Origin: Planctomycetota bacterium
GTDB taxonomy: Bacteria > Planctomycetota > UBA1135 > UBA2386
Direction: 5' to 3'
DNA: 64,000 nucleotides
Assembly (NCBI GenBank): GCA_965228735.1
Contig: OZ245838.1
Location: 3,680,001 to 3,744,000, forward strand
Within the stretch, counting starts at the first letter, position 1, and every line of letters begins with the position of its first letter. Below are positions 9,966-19,793 of this stretch, piece after piece. A model generated the notes under the pieces. It was given only the letters and a program-made list of their open reading frames with translations, was not told where the DNA came from and ran no database searches. A program made the translations under genes and the position numbers.

Positions 9966-10322
9966 ATGCATGTGAGCGAGACTCTCCAGACCAACCTGGC
10001 GGCGCTGCAGAACCCGCGGCGGCGGGAAATCCTGCGGCTGTGCTGGGGCGACCCCGTGGCCGCTGGCGCGATCCATCGCGCGTTGCCCGATGTCACGTTC
10101 GGTGCCGTGTCGCAGCACCTCCGCGTGCTCAGGGACGCCGGGCTCGTGACCGTGCAGAAGCGCGGCCGCGAGCGGCGCTATCGCGCGCGCCGGACCGCGA
10201 TCGGGCCGCTGCGGCGCTGGCTCGAACGGAGCTGGGACGACTCGCTCTACCGCCTGAAGTTGCTCGCCGAGCTCGAGGCCGCGCGGCGCGGCCCCAAGCC
10301 CGCAACGACGAGCAGCGCCTGA
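9966..10322 (+). CDS. ArsR/SmtB-family transcriptional regulator
   Basis: ALQNPRRREILRL...AVSQHLRVLRDAGLV...GRERRY winged HTH. Confidence 0.9.
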   Translation: MHVSETLQTNLAALQNPRRREILRLCWGDPVAAGAIHRALPDVTFGAVSQHLRVLRDAGLVTVQKRGRERRYRARRTAIGPLRRWLERSWDDSLYRLKLLAELEAARRGPKPATTSSA

Positions 10323-10358
10323 CCCTCCCAACGTCGCACCTCCCGACGAAGGACTCCG

Positions 10359-11135
10359 ATGGAACTGCCTCACTCCCTCTCCCGTTCGCTCGTGATCCGT
10401 GCCCCGCGCGCGGTCGTCTTCGGTTACTTCACGGACTCCGCGCGTTTCGCGGCCTGGTGGGGTGAAGGCTCGACGATCGAGCCGCGCGTCGGCGGCGACG
10501 TGCTCATCGTCTACCCGAACGACATTCGCATGCGCGGCGAGGTGCGCGCGATCGAGGAGAACGCGAGCATCACGTTCACCTGGGGCTACGAGAACTCGCA
10601 CCCGGAGCTCCCGCCCGGCAGCTCGCTCGTCACGATTCGACTGTCCGACGACCCGCACGGCACGCGGCTCGAGCTCACGCACGACCTGCCGTCGGAGACG
10701 ATGCGCGACCACCACGTCGCGGGCTGGCGCTACCACCTGTCGGTGTTCGCCAACGTCGCGACCGCGGCGCACCACAGTGGCGCTGCCACGATGATCGATC
10801 GGTGGTTCGAGGCGTGGACGACGACCGACGCCGACGAACGCATGCGACTGCTCACGGATTGCGCGATCGACGACGTCGTGATGCTCGATCCGTACTCGTG
10901 CCTCCAAGGCCGCGACGAACTCGCCGCGCACATCGCGAACTACCACGTTCACATGCCCGGCATCACGACGTCCCGGGCCGGTGACGTCCGTCAGTGCCAG
11001 GGCGAGGTGCTCGTCGACTGGTCGGCCAAGGACACGGATGGCAACCCACGTGGCGCTGGCTGCAACCACGTGAGCCTCGCACCGGACGGGCGAATCGCCG
11101 CGGTCACAGGCTTCTGGCAGCCGCCCACCCAATGA
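10359..11135 (+). CDS. SRPBCC (AHSA1-like) domain fused to SnoaL/NTF2-like domain
   Basis: N-half: IRAPRAVVFGYFTD...WWG...EPRVGG...GTRLELTH...GW. C-half: IDRWFEAW...DP...GRDEL...DGRIAAVTGF. Confidence 0.8.
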   Translation: MELPHSLSRSLVIRAPRAVVFGYFTDSARFAAWWGEGSTIEPRVGGDVLIVYPNDIRMRGEVRAIEENASITFTWGYENSHPELPPGSSLVTIRLSDDPHGTRLELTHDLPSETMRDHHVAGWRYHLSVFANVATAAHHSGAATMIDRWFEAWTTTDADERMRLLTDCAIDDVVMLDPYSCLQGRDELAAHIANYHVHMPGITTSRAGDVRQCQGEVLVDWSAKDTDGNPRGAGCNHVSLAPDGRIAAVTGFWQPPTQ

Positions 11136-11195
11136 GCCCGATCCCGTCGCAATCGCGTTGCAGCGGGCCGCAGGAACGGTGACGCTCATGGCGTC

Positions 11196-11912
11196 ATGCG
11201 ACGACTCCTGCTGATCAGCAACTCCACGATGCACGGCGGCGGCTACCTCGCGCACTGCCGCGACGAGCTCGCGGACTTCCTCGGCGACGGCAAACGACGC
11301 GTCGCCTTCGTGCCCTACGCGCTCGCCGATCACGACGGCTACGAACGGAAGGCCAAGGGCGCGTTCGCGGACCTCGGCCACGAGCTCTCGTCGGTCCACC
11401 ACGCCGACGACCCGACCACTGCGATCGCCGACGCCGACTGCGTGTTCGTCGGCGGCGGCAACACCTTTCGTCTGCTGAAGACGCTCTACGACACCGGCCT
11501 CGTCACCGCGATCCAGACCCGGGTCGCCGACGGCATGGGCTACATCGGCAGCAGCGCGGGCACCAACGTCGCGACGCTGTCGATCCGCACGACGAACGAC
11601 ATGCCCATCGTCATGCCGCCGTCGTTCGACGCGCTCGGGCTCGTGGCGTTCCAGATCAACCCGCACTACCTCGACCCGGACCCCGGCAGCACGCACATGG
11701 GCGAGACCCGCGAAGAACGGCTGTCGCAGTTCCACGAGGAGAACGACACGCCCGTGCTCGGCCTGCGCGAAGGCTGCATGCTGCGCGTCGAGAACGACAC
11801 GATGGAGCTGCGCGGCTCGACGGCCGCGCGCCTGTTCCGACAGGGACAGAAACCCGCGGAGTTCACGCCGCCGAGTGATCTCACCTTCCTCCTGACGGAT
11901 ACCGACCGATGA
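11196..11912 (+). CDS. pepE: Dipeptidase E (peptidase S51)
   Basis: LLLISNST, FVPYA, VGGGNTF, YIGSSAG (catalytic Ser), TTNDMP, INPHY, HMGETREERL. Confidence 0.95.
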   Translation: MRRLLLISNSTMHGGGYLAHCRDELADFLGDGKRRVAFVPYALADHDGYERKAKGAFADLGHELSSVHHADDPTTAIADADCVFVGGGNTFRLLKTLYDTGLVTAIQTRVADGMGYIGSSAGTNVATLSIRTTNDMPIVMPPSFDALGLVAFQINPHYLDPDPGSTHMGETREERLSQFHEENDTPVLGLREGCMLRVENDTMELRGSTAARLFRQGQKPAEFTPPSDLTFLLTDTDR

Positions 11913-13528
11913 AGACGACCCCGTTCGCCATTGCTGCACTGCTCGCCGCTGCGCCCACTGTCGCGCAGAGCGGCTACGAGAGCGCCACCTCCGCCGTCAC
12001 ACCCGAACTGCTCGAGGCCCACGTGCGCTTCCTGTCGAGTGACCTGCTCGAAGGCCGCGGCGTCGGCACGCGCGGCGACTTCCTCGCCCGCGAGTACATC
12101 GCCACGCAGATGATGTCCCACGGCCTGCAGCCGGCCGGACCCGACGGGTCCTGGGAGCAGCGCGTGCCGATCCTCGGCATCACGTCCGAGGTGACGCAGA
12201 CGATGGCCGCGGTCGGCAAGGGCGGCACGGCGACGTTCGAAGCACCGACCGACTTCACGGCCGTCGCGGGCAGCCCCGCGGCGAAGGCGGCGTGGGCCGG
12301 CGCCGAGCTCGTGTTCGTCGGCTACGGCATCCACGCGCCCGAGCAGGACTGGGACGACTACCAGGGCATGGATCTCACGGGCAAGGTCCTGCTCGTGATG
12401 AACAACGACCCGTCGAACGACCCCGACATGTTCGCGGGCAAGACGCGGCTCTACTACGGGCGCTGGAGCTACAAGTTCGAGGAGGCCGCGCGCCGCGGGG
12501 CCGTCGGCGCCATCGTGATCCACACGACGCCGTCGGCGGGTTATCCGTTCCAGGTCATCCAGGCCTCGCACGGCCGCGAGAACTTCTGGCTGCCGTTCGA
12601 GGACGGCGTGCCGACGCTCGCCGTGCGGTCGTGGTGCAGCGAAGCCGCGGCGCGCAAGCTGTGCGAACTCGGCGGCCAGGATCTCGACGCCCTCCGCGCG
12701 CGCGCGGAGAAGGGCAACCAGGCGCCGGTCGCGCTCGGTGTGTCGATGCAGCTCGACATCGAGAACACGGTGCGCGAGCTCGAGTCCGCCAACGTTCTCG
12801 GCGTGCTGCCCGGCAGCGATCCGGAGCTGCAGGACGAGTACGTGGTCGTGACCGCGCACTTCGACCATCTCGGGATCGGCAAGCCGCGTCGCGACGACGC
12901 GATCTACAACGGCGCGGTCGACAACGCGACGGGCTGCTCCGGCATGCTCGCGATCGCGCGCGCGTGCAGCCGCATGGACCCGCGCCCGAAGCGCAGCCTG
13001 CTCTTCCTCGCGGTGACGGCCGAGGAGTCGGGCCTGCTCGGTTCGAAGTACTACGCGCAGAACCCGACGGTCGGCAAGGAGCAGCTCGTCGCCAACTTCA
13101 ACGTCGACGGCCTCAACATCTGGGGCGCGACCCACGACGTCGAGTTCATCGGCTACGGCAAGAACAGCCTGACGGCGCTCACCGAGGCGATCGCAAAGGA
13201 GCACGGCCGCCGTGTCGAGCCCGACAGCAGCCCGGACAAGGGCCTGTTCTATCGCAGCGATCACTTCAGCTTCGCGCGCATCGGCGTGCCGGCCGCGTTC
13301 TTCAAGGCCGGCCGTGACTTCATCGATCAGCCCGATGCGCGTCGCCGCATGAAGGCGAGCTACACGACGGTGCACTACCACCAGCCGAGCGATGAGCTCG
13401 CGAAGTGGTGGAACTTCGACGGCGCGGTGCTCGACGTTCGCCTGCTGCTCGAGTGCATGATCCGCACGGCGAACAGCAAGGATGCGCCGACGTGGACGCC
13501 CGGCGACGAGTTCGAGAAGCTGCGCTGA
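11909..13528 (+). CDS. Secreted M28-family metallopeptidase with PA domain
   Basis: Signal peptide; LSSDLLEGRG, TAHFDHLG, NGAVDNATG, TAEESGLLGS, RSDH, YHQPSD. Confidence 0.92.
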   Translation: MKTTPFAIAALLAAAPTVAQSGYESATSAVTPELLEAHVRFLSSDLLEGRGVGTRGDFLAREYIATQMMSHGLQPAGPDGSWEQRVPILGITSEVTQTMAAVGKGGTATFEAPTDFTAVAGSPAAKAAWAGAELVFVGYGIHAPEQDWDDYQGMDLTGKVLLVMNNDPSNDPDMFAGKTRLYYGRWSYKFEEAARRGAVGAIVIHTTPSAGYPFQVIQASHGRENFWLPFEDGVPTLAVRSWCSEAAARKLCELGGQDLDALRARAEKGNQAPVALGVSMQLDIENTVRELESANVLGVLPGSDPELQDEYVVVTAHFDHLGIGKPRRDDAIYNGAVDNATGCSGMLAIARACSRMDPRPKRSLLFLAVTAEESGLLGSKYYAQNPTVGKEQLVANFNVDGLNIWGATHDVEFIGYGKNSLTALTEAIAKEHGRRVEPDSSPDKGLFYRSDHFSFARIGVPAAFFKAGRDFIDQPDARRRMKASYTTVHYHQPSDELAKWWNFDGAVLDVRLLLECMIRTANSKDAPTWTPGDEFEKLR

Positions 13529-13609
13529 GCGCGCTTCCGCAACCGCGCGATCGCGGGCCGCGAGCCGCCCTTGGTGCCGGGGCCGTGGGCGTCCAGAACC
13601 ACCGCCGCC

Positions 13610-13650
13610 TTGACGGCTCCGTGGGACGGGGTAACTTTCTGTTGCAAAGC
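13610..13650 (+). promoter_or_regulatory. Putative sigma70 promoter with overlapping imperfect palindromic operator
   Basis: TTGACG (13610-15), 16 nt, TAACTT (13632-37). ACTTTC-N5-CAAAGC (13634-50) overlaps the -10, upstream of an operon encoding a winged-helix regulator. Confidence 0.5.
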
Positions 13651-13676
13651 AACCGGCGAGGAGACCGCCCCCACCC

Positions 13677-14282
13677 ATGGAACTGCGCGACGCCTACGAC
13701 CAACTGACCACGATCCGCACGCAGCTCGCCGCGACCGAGCGGCTGCGCAGCCTGCGGGCCGTTCCCGTCGCCCTCTCCGGCGCGATGGCGATCGTCGCCG
13801 CGACGGTCCAGACCTTCGCGATCGAGAACGTCACCGAGCAGGCGACGCTGTACCTGACGCTCTGGGTCGGCACCGCGATCCTCTGCGGCTGCGCGGCCGC
13901 GATCGTCGTCGCGCGGCGGGCGCACCTCAGCGCGTCGATGCTCGACGTCGCCAACCTGCGCGCCGCGGCGCTGCAGTTCCTGCCGAGCCTGATCGCCGGC
14001 GCGGTCGTCACGACGTGGGTCGCGACGAAGATGCCGCAGCTGCTCTGGATCCTGCCCGGGCTGTGGCAGGTGCTGTTCGCGCTCGGCAACCTCGCGGCGC
14101 AGATGGTCCTGCCGCGCGCGGCCAAGTGGGTCGGCGCGCTCTACCTCTGCAGCGGCGCGTGGTGTCTGTGGCTCGGCGAAGCGGCGCTCGATCCGTGGGC
14201 GATGGGCCTGCCGTTCGCCGCGGGCCAGGTCGCGCTCGCGGGCATCCTCTGGTGGCACCACGAACGCGGAGAATGGCGATGA
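13677..14282 (+). CDS. Hypothetical multi-pass membrane protein
   Basis: About six hydrophobic segments; overlaps the downstream regulator. Confidence 0.75.
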   Translation: MELRDAYDQLTTIRTQLAATERLRSLRAVPVALSGAMAIVAATVQTFAIENVTEQATLYLTLWVGTAILCGCAAAIVVARRAHLSASMLDVANLRAAALQFLPSLIAGAVVTTWVATKMPQLLWILPGLWQVLFALGNLAAQMVLPRAAKWVGALYLCSGAWCLWLGEAALDPWAMGLPFAAGQVALAGILWWHHERGEWR

Positions 14283-14698
14283 CCGGCAAACGCAACGACG
14301 GCAGCAAGCCCGGCGCCGATACGGCCGACGAATCGGGGCGCTACGCCTACGACGGGCTCGATCGCGTGCTGCACGAGAAGGCGCGGCTCGGCATCGTGAC
14401 ATCCCTCGCGGCCCGCACCGAGGGCATCCTGTTCGGCGACCTCAAGGCGCTGTGCAACCTCACGGACGGCAACCTGTCGCGCCACCTCACGGTGCTGCAG
14501 GAAGCCGGCATCGTCGAGATCCAGAAGGGCTACCGCGGCCGGCGCCCGCAGACGCTGTGCCAGATCACCACTGATGGCCGCAAGCGTTACCTGCAGTACA
14601 TCGCGGTGCTCGAGTCGGTGCTCGGCGACGCGGCCGAAGCCGCACGCGCCACCGGCCGCGCGCGCCGCGACATGCCCGAAGGCTGGAGCCCGGCTTAG
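14279..14698 (+). CDS. Winged-helix transcriptional regulator (HTH_34-like)
   Basis: LDRVLHEKARLGIVTSL...FGDLK...LTDGNLSRHLTVLQEAG...T.DGRKRY. Start at ATG 14279 (or 14273). Confidence 0.88.
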   Translation: MTGKRNDGSKPGADTADESGRYAYDGLDRVLHEKARLGIVTSLAARTEGILFGDLKALCNLTDGNLSRHLTVLQEAGIVEIQKGYRGRRPQTLCQITTDGRKRYLQYIAVLESVLGDAAEAARATGRARRDMPEGWSPA

Positions 14699-14725
14699 CG
14701 GGCGCGGGTGCACGAGCTGGCCAGG

Positions 14726-15055
14726 CTACTGGACCAGCTTCACGGTCTCCTCGCCGGCTTCGTGCACCAGCTTGATCATCGCGTCCGGCTTGACCTTCGC
14801 CGGATCGTAGTGGATCGAGAACACGGCAGTGTCCTCATCGACATCGATCTTCGACACGCCGGGGATCTCCAGGGCACCGCGCACGGCGGTGACACAATGG
14901 CCTCAATAGGGCTTGCCGAGTTCCATCTTGACGATGGTGGTCGCTGCGTTGTTCGCCCCGGGCGCGTTGTCAGCCGGGGTGTTCACTTCCGCCTTCTCGG
15001 CGGTGCAGGCGACCAGGAACAGCGCCGAAGCGCACACGACGATCAGTCGGTTCAT
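14726..15055 (-). CDS. Heavy-metal-associated (HMA/CopZ-like) domain lipoprotein, probable selenoprotein (UxxC)
   Basis: Manual translation: MNRLIVVCASALFLVAC-TAEKAEVNTPADNAPGANNAATTIVKMELGKPY[TGA 14903-14905]GHCVTAVRGALEIPGVSKIDVDEDTAVFSIHYDPAKVKPDAMIKLVHEAGEETVKLVQ*. The TGA is codon 51, at the first Cys of the HMA CxxC. Confidence 0.85.
14875..14902 (-). promoter_or_regulatory. Candidate bacterial SECIS hairpin
   Basis: After the UGA: 11 nt, then CACCGC / loop CGUGC / GCGGUG. The loop starts 18 nt after UGA with G at loop position 2. Confidence 0.55.
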
Positions 15056-15153
15056 GGTTCTGTCCAGGTGAAGAACGGGCCGCGAACGTGCGACCCAATC
15101 GCGTCTTAAGATAGCGCGGCGGCGCCGGCCAGGGCGAATCGTGGCCGCCGGGA

Positions 15154-17418
15154 CTACCTCGGATCGCGGCAGTTCATCCCGGCGGGCAGCGCGCGCACCG
15201 TGCTGTGCAGCACCTGGAAGTGCGGCCGACCCTGGGCGTCGGGGCCGCGGAACACCAGCGTCGCGGCCGCGCCCGTCGGTAACACCCGCTGCAGCAGCTG
15301 CACGAGCGCGTCCGACTTGCGCACGGGCACGTCCTGGCCATTCTGCTGCAGGACGACCATCACGGCCCGGCCCGCGAAGCGCGCGACGTTGCCGGTCAGC
15401 TGGTCTTCGATCGCAGCCAGGTGCGCCGGGTCGGTGCCTGCGTCCACGCCGAGCAGAACGGTCGGCGGCACGCCCTGGTCGTTGCGACCGAGAACGCGGA
15501 GGCCGGGAGTCGCGCCGTTCGTGCCGGCGGCGACGATCGGGGGTGGCGCGGCGGCAGGCGCCGCTTCCGGGGCAGCCTCGGGTGCCGACAACGTCGGCGG
15601 CTCCGACTCAGGCTCCGGCTCCGGCAGCGCCTCGGGTTCGGGCAACTCTTCCGGCTCCGGCTCGGGCAACGGCTCGGGGTAGAGCGCGGCGCCGTCCGCG
15701 CCATCGACACTCTCGACCCCGTGCTCGATCAACGCGGCAAGCAGCTGCTGCGTGACGTCATCCGGGAGACCGTCGGTGGCGAGCGTGACCCGGGCACTCC
15801 CGGGCATCGAGCCCTGATCGAGCTCGCGCCCGATCGCCATCGCGCGCTGCTCCGCGTCGCGATCGGCGAGCGCGACCTCGATGCGCACGTCGTGATCGCC
15901 GCTGCGATGGAACGCGAGCAACGGCGGCAGCAGCACGTCGACCGGCCCGTGGTCCTCCATCTCGAGCCGCGACGGCCCGGCCTCGGCGACCTGATCGAGC
16001 ACCGCGCGCTGCAGCGTGCGCGACGGCATGCCGTCGCCCGCGATCACGATGCGCGCCGGCTGACCCGCGATCCGGTCGGCGAAGCGCGGCACGGCGCGTT
16101 CGACCGCCCGTACGAGCTCGGCCGGCTTGGCCGCGTCCGTGTCCACGGTCACGACGCTGCGACCGTCCGCGACGTCGAGCGTGACCGCCGGCGGCCAGAA
16201 CGGCTCCCGCTCCTCACCGCCGATCGTGCAGAACACGCGCTCGACGCCGAGCCCGTCGAACGCGCCCGCGAGACAACGCTCGGTGTCCTCGTCGACGACG
16301 AACAGCTGCGGCCAGTCGACGACGACGACCTTGCCGTAGAGCTCGGCCTCGAACGCGCGGCACTCTTGCGGGAAGAGCTCGAGCACCTCGGAATGATCGC
16401 GGCCGTGCGGCTGCACCCGCAGCTGCACCTCGCGCTTGCCCGCGGCGACGGCGAGGACGCCGGGCCACACGACCTTGGTGTTGCCGTCCGTCACGAACTC
16501 GATGTGCTCGGGCGCGAACTGCGACACGAGACGGACGAAATGGTCGGCAACGCCTGCGGCCGGCGCCGACGTCCAGGTCACGCGCACCGCCTTGCCGGCG
16601 ACGCCGAGCGCGTGCTCGGGCATCACGGTCTCCATCGCCTCACCGGTGATCGCGGGATCGGCCGCGGGGTCGATCGTGACCTGCACGACCTCGTCCCCGT
16701 CCACGACCTTGCAGCGATCGAGCAGCTCGCGGTCGAAGAGCACGCGCGCGCCGATCGCGACGCGCCGCGCGCCGGCCGCCTGCAGTTCGTCACCGATGTG
16801 GCTCCGCAGGTCCGAGTCCGGCTTCACGCCACCCTCGAACTCGAGCAGGAACTTCGCGCCATCGGCCTTGCCGCAGAGCTCCTGCAGCACGGGCGGCAAG
16901 AGCAGCGGCAGGTCATCGGCCTCGAAGCCGCTGCCGTCGATCGTCACGACGGTCTCGCCATCTTCGTCCCGGCTCGCCACCGCGAGCTCGGGCGCGGGAC
17001 CCTCGAGCAACCGCTCGGCGCCGAAGCCGCGCTTGATCGTCAGGTTCTGCGGCTTCGCCGCGCCGACGATGTCCTTCACGACGCTCTTCATCGCGGATCC
17101 GATGAGCGCCTCGCCCGCGAAGTCGACCGTCACGTCGCGGAACCGCAGCCGCGCGCCGAAGCGTTCGACCGCGCGCTGCAGCGGCCCCTCGACCGCGCCC
17201 TGCACGGCCTTCTTCTCCATCTCGGGCACGGTGACCGTCAGCGTGACGGCCGCGCCGAGGCCGTCGCCGCCTTCACACGCGATCTTGATCGGCCCGTCCT
17301 CGAGCGGTCCGTCGTCGCCGGCCGTGGGCTCGAGGGTCGGCATCTCGTCGTCGATGGCGGCACGCTTCGTGCTGCTCGGGCGCTTCCGCGGCAATCCGTG
17401 GCGGTGCTTGGAACTCAT
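15154..17418 (-). CDS. Hypothetical protein with ~6-7 tandem alpha/beta units and Pro/Glu-rich linker
   Basis: 754-aa ORF with coding-like composition. Units of ~85-90 aa often end in [VL][WLY]P; PEPEPE linker at ~15600-15680; no signal peptide. Confidence 0.75.
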   Translation of the reverse strand: MSSKHRHGLPRKRPSSTKRAAIDDEMPTLEPTAGDDGPLEDGPIKIACEGGDGLGAAVTLTVTVPEMEKKAVQGAVEGPLQRAVERFGARLRFRDVTVDFAGEALIGSAMKSVVKDIVGAAKPQNLTIKRGFGAERLLEGPAPELAVASRDEDGETVVTIDGSGFEADDLPLLLPPVLQELCGKADGAKFLLEFEGGVKPDSDLRSHIGDELQAAGARRVAIGARVLFDRELLDRCKVVDGDEVVQVTIDPAADPAITGEAMETVMPEHALGVAGKAVRVTWTSAPAAGVADHFVRLVSQFAPEHIEFVTDGNTKVVWPGVLAVAAGKREVQLRVQPHGRDHSEVLELFPQECRAFEAELYGKVVVVDWPQLFVVDEDTERCLAGAFDGLGVERVFCTIGGEEREPFWPPAVTLDVADGRSVVTVDTDAAKPAELVRAVERAVPRFADRIAGQPARIVIAGDGMPSRTLQRAVLDQVAEAGPSRLEMEDHGPVDVLLPPLLAFHRSGDHDVRIEVALADRDAEQRAMAIGRELDQGSMPGSARVTLATDGLPDDVTQQLLAALIEHGVESVDGADGAALYPEPLPEPEPEELPEPEALPEPEPESEPPTLSAPEAAPEAAPAAAPPPIVAAGTNGATPGLRVLGRNDQGVPPTVLLGVDAGTDPAHLAAIEDQLTGNVARFAGRAVMVVLQQNGQDVPVRKSDALVQLLQRVLPTGAAATLVFRGPDAQGRPHFQVLHSTVRALPAGMNCRDPR

Positions 17419-17502
17419 GAGCGGGGTGTTTCGGTCTCGAGAGGGGGGCCGCGCAGGGTAACGGGCGGGCGCGACGGGAGCGAGCGGAAGTGCCCCCAGG
17501 GC

Positions 17503-18675
<1,173 letters not shown>

Positions 18676-18746
18676 CCGCGCGCGTCACGCCAGCCCGGCG
18701 TCGGGGCCAAGTCGCGAGTATCGGTCGCGGGTATCGGTCGCGAGTC

Positions 18747-19079
18747 TCAGTGGCGCGTCCGATCGATGATCGCGGCATTCGGACCGTTGTCGCAGATCTT
18801 CTGCACCATCGTCGGCAGCGCCGCCGCGGCGACGTGCGGACTGCGGGCCAACACGTTGCCGTCGTCGTCCTTGAGCACGACGAAGTGGTTGCCGCCATCA
18901 TCCTCGTGCGGCACGAGGTGGTCCGCGCGCAGAACCTCGCGCGTGTGCATCACCTCGGTCTGGGCGTCGATCTTGCCGCGGCACGGCAGACCCTGAAGCA
19001 GCACCTGGTCGTCATCGCCGACCAGGCAGAACGAAATACGGCCGCGATCATCCGCGACCAGGTTGAAACGAGTGCTCAT
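18747..19079 (-). CDS. YegP/DUF1508-like tandem-domain protein
   Basis: Two half-repeats (RISFCLVGDDDQVLLQG; HFVVLKDDDGNVLARS) resembling DUF1508; GGAGGA RBS upstream. Confidence 0.65.
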   Translation of the reverse strand: MSTRFNLVADDRGRISFCLVGDDDQVLLQGLPCRGKIDAQTEVMHTREVLRADHLVPHEDDGGNHFVVLKDDDGNVLARSPHVAAAALPTMVQKICDNGPNAAIIDRTRH

Positions 19080-19250
19080 CTGGAATTCCTCCGTCCCGTA
19101 CGACGGCCGGGGTGGCCGTGGTGTTCCGACGAGCTGTGGAATCCCGTGGAAAGATCGCCATCCCTCCCAAAGAAGCTACAAGCACAGCCTGCACAGTGAC
19201 TTGCAAAAGAATCGACGAATGGACGCAGCGCTGTCCTATGACAGTCGTCC

Positions 19251-19676
19251 ATGCGTGCATTCCAACTCACGACTCTCGCCAGCCTCGCCGTCCTGATCGC
19301 CCTCCCCGCCTGCGGGGACGACGCGGCCGCCAAGGAGCTCCAGCAGGAGACCGGCGAGGCCCTCGAAGCCATCTCGAACTACACGAACGAACAGATGACC
19401 GAACTCAAGACCCAACTGGAGTCCAGCTGGACGACGATGCAGAGCGACCTGAAGAAACTGAAGGCCGAGGCCGACAAGCGCACGGGCGAGGCCAAGGCCG
19501 AGCTCGAGAAGGCGATCGCCGAGCTCGAGAAGCAGGCCAACGCGGCCAAGGCCAAGTTGTCCGAAGCCTCGGCCGCCGGCGCCGACAGCGCGAAGTCGGC
19601 GTGGGGCCACGCGAAGCAGGCCATGGAAGAAGCGGGATCCGCGATCTCCGAAGCCTGGAACGAGATCGGCAAGTAG
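19251..19676 (+). CDS. Coiled-coil lipoprotein
   Basis: LPAC lipobox followed by amphipathic Ala/Glu/Lys-rich helices. Confidence 0.75.
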   Translation: MRAFQLTTLASLAVLIALPACGDDAAAKELQQETGEALEAISNYTNEQMTELKTQLESSWTTMQSDLKKLKAEADKRTGEAKAELEKAIAELEKQANAAKAKLSEASAAGADSAKSAWGHAKQAMEEAGSAISEAWNEIGK

Positions 19677-19793
19677 CCCACCATCGGGGTCGAGCCCGGC
19701 GCCGACCGAGGATCGGACAACGGTCCGGCCCACGGTTCGGCCACGGGACAACGGCGGAGCCGGCCTGGCTCCGTCAGAATTCGCATCAACCCC

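Noticed and set aside
14708..15109. 133-aa plus-strand ORF
   Set aside because: Antisense of the HMA selenoprotein gene, which has a lipobox and domain signature.
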